Source of the DNA: the human T2T-CHM13v2.0 reference genome, Homo sapiens
Length of the DNA: 64,000 nucleotides
Reading direction: 5' to 3' (one strand)
NCBI RefSeq assembly: GCF_009914755.1
Contig: NC_060925.1
The notes beneath the pieces were generated by a model. It was not told where the DNA came from. It saw only the letters and a program-made list of their open reading frames with translations, and made no database searches. Shown piece after piece: positions 56,101 through 64,000 of this stretch. How positions within the stretch are numbered: position 1 is the first letter of the stretch; each line of letters opens with the position of its first letter. Both the position numbers and the translations under genes were made by a program.

Positions 56101-59100
56101 ATTCCATTCCATTAGATGATTCCATTCGGGTCCATTCGATGATTCTCTTCGATTCCATTCGATAATTCCGTTTTTTTCCGTTTGATGTTGATTTCATTCG
56201 ATTCCATGCGATGATTCCATTCCATTCCATTTGAAGATGATTCCATTCGAGACCATTCGATGATTGCATTCAATTCATTCGATGACGATTCCATTCAATC
56301 CCGTTCAATGATTCCATTTGATTCCATTTGATTTGATTCCATTCGATTCCATTTTATGATGGTTCCATGCAATTCCATTAGATGATGACTCCTTTCATTT
56401 CCATTCGATGATGATTCCGTTCTTTTCCATCGAAGATGATGATTCCATTCGATTCCGTTCAATGATTATTCCATTCGAGTCCATTCGATGATTCCATTCG
56501 ATTCTATACGATGATGATTGCATTCGAGTCCGTGGATTATTCCATTCCATTCCATTAGATGATTCCATTCGAGTCCATTCGATGATTCTCTTCGATTCCA
56601 TTCGATAATTCCGCTTGATTCCGTTTGATGTTGATTCCATTCGAGTCCATTCAATGTTAATTCCATTCGATTCTATGCGATGATTCCATTCCTTTCCATT
56701 AGAAGATGATTCCCTTCGAGACCGTTCGATGATTGCATTCAATTCATTCGATGACGATTCCATTCAATTCTGTTCAATGTTTCCATTAGATTCCATTTGA
56801 TGATGATTCCATTCGATTCCATTTGATGATGATTCCATGCGATTCCATTAGATGATGACCCCTTCATTTCCATTCAATGAGGATTCCATTCGATTCCATT
56901 TGATGATGATTCCTTTGAATTCCATTTGATGACAATTCCATTCAATACCAATTGATGATGGTTATTTTTGATTCCATTTGATGATGATTACACTCGATTC
57001 CATTTGATCATAATTCCATTCGATTCCACTCGATGATTCCATTCGATTCCATTCAATGTTGATTCCATTCGAGTTCATTGACTGTTCCATTCCATTCCAT
57101 TCGATAATTCCATTCGATTGCATTCGATAATTCCATTCGATTCCATTTGAGGATAATTCCATTTGAGTCCATTCGATGATTGTTCCATTCGATTCTATTC
57201 GGTGATTCCATTCGATTCCATTTGATAATGATTCCAATCGAGACCATTCGATGATTCCATTCAATTCCATTCAATAATGATCCCTTTCGAGTCCATTCAA
57301 TGATTCCATTCCAGTCCATTCGATGATTCCATCTGATTCCATTCAATGAATCCATTCGATTCCATTCTATGACGATTCCATTCATTTCCATCTGATGATG
57401 ATTCCATTCGATTCCATTCAATGATACCATTCGATTCCATTTGATGATGATTTCAGTCAATTTTATTCGATCATTCCATTCGAATCCATTCGATGATGAG
57501 TCCATCCATTTCAATTTCATGATGATTCCACTCGTTTCAATTCGATGGTGTTTCCATTCGATTCATTCGATGTTGATTCCATTAGCTTCCGTTGGATGAT
57601 GATTCCATTCGGGTCCATTCGATGATGATCACACTGGATTTCATGCCATAATTCTATTCGATTCCATTCGATGATGATTCCATTCATTTCCATCCGATGA
57701 TGATTCCATTCGATTCCGTTCTATGATTATTCCATTCGAGTCAATTCGATGATTCCATTCGATTCCATTCAATGATGATTGCATTCGAGTCCATGGATTA
57801 TTCCATTCCATTCCATTAGATGATTCCATTCGTGTCCGTTCGATGATTCTCTTCGATTCCATTCGGTAATTCCGTTTTTTTCCGTTTGATGTTGATACCA
57901 TTCGATTCCATTCGATGATAATTCCATTCGATTCTATACGATGATTCCATTCCATTCCATTGGAAGATGATTCCATTCGAGACCATTCGATGATTGCATT
58001 CAATTCATTTGATGACGATTCCATTCAATTCCGTTCAATGATTCCATTTGATTCCATTTGATGTTGATTCCATTCGACTCCATTTTATGATGATTCCATG
58101 CAATTCCATTAGATGATGACTCCTTTCATTTCCATTCGATGATGATTCCATTCGTTTCCATCCGATGATGATTCCATTCGATTCCGTTCAATGATTATTC
58201 CATTCGAGTCCATTCGATGATTCCATTCGATTCCATTTGATGATGATTGCATTCGAGTCCATGGATTATTCCATTCCATTCCTTTAGATGATTCCATTCG
58301 GATCCGTTCGATGATTCTCTTCGATTCCATTCGATAATTTCGTTTTTTTCCATTTGATGTTGATACAATTCGATTCCATTCGATGATAATTCCATTCGAT
58401 TCTATGCGATGATTCCATTCCATTCCATTTGAAGATGATTCCATTCGAGACCATTCGATGATTGCATTCAATTCATTCGAGGACGATTCCATTCAATTCC
58501 GTTCAATGATTCCATTTGATTCCATTTGATGTTGATTCCATTCGATTCCAATTGATGATGATTCCATGCAATTCGATTAGATGATGACTCCTTTCATTTC
58601 CATTCGATGATGATTCCATTCGTTTCCATCCGATGATGATTCAATTCGATTCCGTTCAATGATTATTCCATTCGAGTCCATTCGATGATTCCATTCAGTT
58701 CTATACGACGATGATTGCATTCGAGTCCGTGGATTATTCCATTCCATTCCATTAGATGATTCCATTCGAGTCCATTCGATGATTCTCTTCGATTCCATTC
58801 GATAATTCCGCTTGATTCCGTTTGATGTTGATTCCATTCGAGTCCATTCAATGTTAATTCCATTCGATTCTATGCGATGATGCCATTCCTTTCCATTAGA
58901 AGATGTTTCCATTCGAGACCATTCGATGATTGCATTCAATTCATTCGATGACGATTCCATTCAATTCTGTTCCATGATTCCATTAGATTCCATTTGATGA
59001 TGATTCCATTCGATTCCATTTGATGATGATTCCATGCGATTCCATTAGATGATGACCCCTTTCATTTCCATTCAATGAGTATTCCATTCGGTTCCATTTG

Positions 59101-62100
59101 ATGATGTTTCCTTTGAATTCCATTTGATGACAATTCCATTCAATACCAATTGATGATGGTTATTTTTGATTCCATTTGATGATGATTACATTCGATTCCA
59201 TTTGATCATAATTCCATTCGATTCCACTCGATGATTCCATTCGATTCCATTCAATGATGATTCCATTCCAGTTCATTGACTGTTCCATTCCATTCCACTC
59301 GATGATTCCATTCGAGTCCATTTGATGATTGTATTCGATTGCATTCGATAATTCCATTCGATTGCATTCGATAATTGCATTCGATTCCATTTGAGGATAA
59401 TTCCATTTGAGTCCATTCGATGATTGTTCCATTCGATTCTATTCGGTGATTCCATTCGATTCCATTTGATAATGATTCCAATCGAGACCATTCGATGATT
59501 CCATTCAATTCCATTCAATCATGATCCCTTTCGAGTCCATTCAATGATTCCATTCCAGTCCATTCGATGATTCCATCTGATTCCATTCAATGAATCCATT
59601 CGATTCCATTCTATGACGATTCCATTCATTTCCATCTGATGATGATTCCATTCGATTCCATTCAATGATACCATTCGATTCCATTCGATGATGATTTCAA
59701 TCAATTTTATTCGATGATTCCATTCGAATCCATTCGATGATGTGTCCATCCATTTCAATTTCATGGTAATTCCATTCGTTTCAATTCGATGGTGTTTCCA
59801 TTTGATTCATTCGATGTTGATTCCATTAGCATCCGTTGGATGATGATTCCATTCGGGTCCATTCGATGATGATCACACTGGATTTCATTCCATAATTCTA
59901 TTCGATTCCATTCGATGATGATTCCATTCATTTCCATCCGATGATGATTCCATTCGATTCCGTGCAATGATTATTCCATTCGAGTCCATTCGATGATTCC
60001 ATTCGATTCCATTCGATGATGATTGCATTCGTGTCCATGGATTATTCCATTCCATTCCATTAGATGATTCCATGCGGGTCCGTTCGATGATTCTCTTCGA
60101 TTCCATTCGATAATTCCGTTTTTTTCCGTTTGATGTTGATACCATTCGATTCCATTCGATCATAATTCCATACGATTCCATGCGATGATTCCATTCCATT
60201 CCATTTGTAGATGATTCCATTCGAGACCATTCGATGATTGCATTCAATTCATTCGATGACGATTCCATTCAATTCTGTTCAATTATTCCATTTGGTTCCA
60301 TTTGATGTTGATTCCATTCGATTCCATTTGATGATGATTCCATGCAATTCCATTAGATGATGACTCCTTTCATTTCCATTCGATGATGATTCCATTCGTT
60401 TCCATCCGATGATGATTCCATTCGATTCCGTGCAATGATTATTCCATTCGAGTCCATTCGATGATTCCATTCGATTCCATTCGATGATGATTGCATTCGA
60501 GTCCATGGATTATTCCATTCCATTCCATTAGATGATTCCAAGCGGGTCCGTTCGATGATTCTCTTCGATTCCATTCGATAATTCCGTTTTTTTCCGTTTC
60601 ATGTTGATACCATTCGATTCCATTCGATCATAATTCCATACGATTCTATGCGATGATTCCATTCCATTCCATTTGAAGATGATTCCATTCGAGACCATTC
60701 GATGATTGCATTCAATTCATTCGATGACGATTCCATTCAATTCCGTTCAATTATTCCATTTGAATCCATTTGATGTTGATTCCATTCGATTCCATTTGAT
60801 GATGATTCCATGCAATTCCATTAGATGATGACTCCTTTCATTTCCATTCGATGATGATTCCATTCGTTTCCATCCGATGATGGTTCCATTCGTTTCCGTG
60901 CAATGATTATTCCATTCGAGTCCATTCGATGATTCCATTAGATTCTATATGATGATGATTGCATTCGAGTCCGTGGATTATTCCATTCCATTCCATTAGA
61001 TGATTCCATTCGAGTCCACTCGATGATTCTCTTCGATTGCATTCGATAATTCCGCTTGATACCGTTTGATGTTGATTCCATTCGAGTCCATTCAATGTTA
61101 ATTCCATTCGATTCTATGCGATGATTCCATTCCATTCCATTAGAAGATGATTCCATTCGAGACCATTCGATGATTGCATTCAATTCATTCGATGACGATT
61201 CCATTCAATTCTGTTCAGTGATTCCATTAGATTCCATTTGATGATGATTCCATTCGATTCCATTTGATGATGATTCCATGTGATTCCATTAGATGATGAC
61301 CCCTTTCATTTCCATTCAATGAGGATTCCATTCGGTTCCATTTGATGATGATTCCTTTGAATTCCATTTGATGACAATTCCATTCAATACCAATTGATGA
61401 TGGTTATTTTTGATTCCATTTGATGATGATTACATTCGATTCCATTTGATCATAATTCCATTCGATTCCACTCGATGATTCCATACGATTCCATTCAATG
61501 ATGATTCCATTCGAGTTCATTGACTGTTCCATTCCATTCCATTCGATGATTCCATTCGAGTCCATTCGATGATTCTATTCGATTGCATTCGATAATTCCA
61601 TTCGATTGCATTTGAGGATAATTCCATTTGAGTCCATTCGATGATTGTTCCATTCGATTCTATTCGGTGATTCCATTCGATTCCATTTGATAATGATTCC
61701 AATCGAGACCATTCGATGATTCCATTCAATTCCGTTCAATAATGATCCCTTTCCAGTCCATTCAATGATTCCATTCCAGTCCATTCGATGATTCCATCTG
61801 ATTCCATTCAATGAATGCATTCGATTCCATTCTATGACGATTCCGTTCATTTCCATCTGATGATGATTCCATTCGATTCCATTCAATGATACCATTCGAT
61901 TCCATTTGATGATGATTTCAATCAATTTTATTCGATGATTCCATTTGAATCCATTCGATGATGAGTCCATCCATTTCAATTTCATGATAATTCCATTCGT
62001 TTCAATTCGATGGTGTTTCCATTCGATTCATTCGATGTTGATTCTATTAGCTTCCGTTGGATGATGATTCCATTCGGGTCCATTCGATGAGGATCACACT

Positions 62101-62915
62101 GGATTTCATTCCATAATTCTTTTCGATTCCATTCGATGATGATTCCATTCATTTCCATCCGATGATGATTCCATTCGATTCCGTTTGATGATTATTCCAT
62201 TCGAGTCCATTCGATGATTCCATTCGATTCCATTCGATGATGATTGCATTCGAGTCCATGGATAATTCCATTCCATTCCATTAGATGATTCCATTCGGGT
62301 CCGTTCGATGATTCTCTTCGATTCCATTCGATAATTCCGTTTTTTTCCGTTTGTTGTTGATACCTTTCGATTCCATTCGATGATAATTCCATTCGATTCT
62401 ATGCGATGATTCCATTCCATTCCATTTGAAGATGATTCCATTCGAGACCATTCGATGATTGCATTCAATTCATTCGATGACGATTCCATTCAATTCCGTT
62501 CAATGATTCCATTTGATTCCACTTGATGTTGATTCCATTCTATTCCATTTTATGATGATTCCATGGAATTCCATTAGATGATGACTCCTTTCATTTCCAT
62601 TCGATGATGATTCCATTCGTTTCCATCCGATGATGATTCCATTCGATTCCGTTCAATGATTATTCCATTCGTGTCCATTCGATGATTCCATTCGATTCCA
62701 TTCGATGATGATTGCATTCGAGTCCGTGGATTATTCCATTCCATTCCATTAGATGATTCCATTCGAGTCCATTCGATGATTCTTTTCGATTCCATTCGAT
62801 AATTCCGCTTGATTCCGTTTGATGTTGATTCCATTCGAGTCCATTCAATGTTAATTCCATTCGATTCTATGCGATGATTCCATTCCTTTCCAATAGAAGA
62901 TGATTCCATTCGAGA

Positions 62916-63713
62916 CCATTCGATGATTGCATTCAGTTCATTCGATGACGATTCCATTCAATTCTGTTCAATGATTCCATTAGATTCCATTTGATGATGA
63001 TTCCATTCGATTCCATTTGATGATGATTCCATGCGATTCCATTAGATGATGACCCCTTTCATTTCCATTCAATGAGGATTCCATTCGGTTCCATTTGATG
63101 ATGATGCCTTTGAATTCCATTTTATGACAAATCCATTCAATACCAATTGATGATGGTTATTTTTGATTCCATTTGATGATGATTACATTCGATTCCATTT
63201 GATCATAATTCCATTCGATTCCACTCGATGATTCCATTCGATTCCATTCAATGATGATTCCATTCGAGTTCATTGACTGTTGCATTCCATTCCATTCGAT
63301 GATTCCATTCGAGTCCATTCGATGATTGCATTCAATTCATTCGATGACGATTCCATTCAATTCTGTTCAATGATTCCTTTAGATTCCATTTGATGATGAT
63401 TCCATTCGATTCCATTTGATGATGATTCCATGCGATTCCATTAGATGATGACCCCTTTCATTTCCATTCAATGAGGATTCCCTTCGGTTCCATTTGATGA
63501 TGATTCCTTTGAATTCCATTTGATGACAATTCCTTACAATACCAATTGATGATGGTTATTTTTCATTCCATTTGATGATGATTACATTCGATTCCATTTG
63601 ATCATAATTCCATTCGATTCCACTCGATGATTCCATTCGATTCCATTCAATGATGATTCCATTCGAGTTCATTGACTGTTCGGTTCCATTCCATTCGATG
63701 ATTCCATTCGAGT
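62916..63713 (+). repeat. 399-bp tandem duplication inside a unit (copy 4 of 4)
   Basis: Same motif at 63043 and 63442; same junction at ~63315-63327; shares the CCTTACAATACC and GATTCCCTTCGG variants with copies 1 and 2. Confidence 0.9.
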
Positions 63714-64000
63714 CCATTCGATGATTCTATTCGATTGCATTCGATAATTCCATTCGATTGCATTCGATAATTCCATTCGATTCCATTTGAGGATAATTCC
63801 ATTTGAGTCCATTCGATGATTGTTCCATTCGATTCTATTCGGTGATTCCATTGGATTCCATTTGATAATGATTCCAATTGAGACCATTCCATGATTCCAT
63901 TCAATTCCATTCAATAATGATCTCTTTCGAGTCCATTCAATGATTCCATTCCAGTCCATTCGATGATTCCATGTGATTCCATTCAATGAATCCATTCGAT

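Larger units (their letters stand above)
1..64000 (+). repeat. HSat2 (HSATII) pericentromeric classical satellite array, CATTC strand on +
   Basis: Seen: continuous diverged (CATTC)n-derived sequence dominated by ATTCCATTCG followed by (ATG)1-2 spacers, with very frequent TCGA. Established knowledge: CATTCGATTC plus ATG spacers distinguishes HSat2 from HSat3, which has long CATTC runs. Confidence 0.97.
7651..64000 (+). repeat. HSat2 sub-domain R: 1776-bp-type units (840-bp block + 1-4 copies of a 468-bp module); resembles the 1.77-kb chr1q12 HSat2 unit
   Basis: The landmark ends at 9192, 10360, 13072, 14848, 16624, 17932, 19691, 22403, 24578, 26351, 28097, 30342, 32115, 34266, 36042, 37817, 39992, 41695, 43923, 45699, 47927, 49703, 51400, 53575, 55819, 57520, 59764 and 61985. 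The modal spacing is 1776. CCTTTGAATTCC (EcoRI) occurs once per 840-bp block. The chromosome assignment is inference from unit length only. Confidence 0.88.

Noticed and set aside
52971-59160. 6189-bp offset as the ~6-kb chr16-type HSat2 period
   Set aside because: Only ~1.7 kb matches at this offset, and it is the sum of three local units, not a sustained period.
199-63995. Hundreds of minus-strand ORFs (MESSSNGIEWNH..., up to 221 aa)
   Set aside because: They are translations of GGAAT/ATC repeats. The minus strand is poor in stops and rich in ATG, while the + strand has TGA in every GATGAT. ORFs overlap in all three frames and indels ignore frame. Similar database 'hypothetical proteins' are a known satellite contamination artefact.
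1-64000. CRISPR-like or other repeat-spacer array, or a novel prokaryotic system
   Set aside because: There are no unique spacers, leader or associated genes; every base is satellite-derived.
1-64000. HSat3 or alpha-satellite identity; CENP-B boxes
   Set aside because: CATTC runs rarely exceed 3-4 copies and CATTCGATTC/ATG spacers dominate. I saw no 171-bp monomer or CENP-B box.
1-64000. Inversion breakpoint or Alu/L1 insertion
   Set aside because: No GGAAT-oriented stretch, poly-A tail or non-satellite sequence was seen, and the ORF track stays on one strand throughout.

Overview
The whole 64-kb window is one uninterrupted array of human-type classical satellite HSat2 (HSATII), built from CATTC-derived 23/26-bp subunits (GATGATTCCATTCGATTCCATTC / GATGATGATTCCATTCGATTCCATTC). 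CATTC stays on the + strand throughout. I saw no inversion, transposon insertion, gene or unique sequence, and all listed ORFs are satellite translation artefacts. I found no new protein-coding or RNA-based system; the interesting content is the array architecture. (1) From 1 to ~7.65 kb there is a distinct subtype with ~1.35/1.38-kb units arranged as a ~2.73-kb dimer. (2) From ~7.65 kb on, units follow the rule 840 bp + n x 468 bp (1308, 1776, 2244, 2712 bp), with 1776 bp the commonest length and usually one EcoRI site per unit. This resembles the 1.77-kb chr1q12 satellite unit, but that assignment is inference. (3) Superimposed are a near-perfect 4004-bp tandem duplication, a 399-bp duplication inherited four times, and a patchwork of multi-kb copies at 6.2-39.6 kb offsets traceable by shared SNPs and indels. 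Nearly every unit carries an exact match to the DUX4 consensus. Coordinates and lengths were counted by hand and may be off by a few bases.
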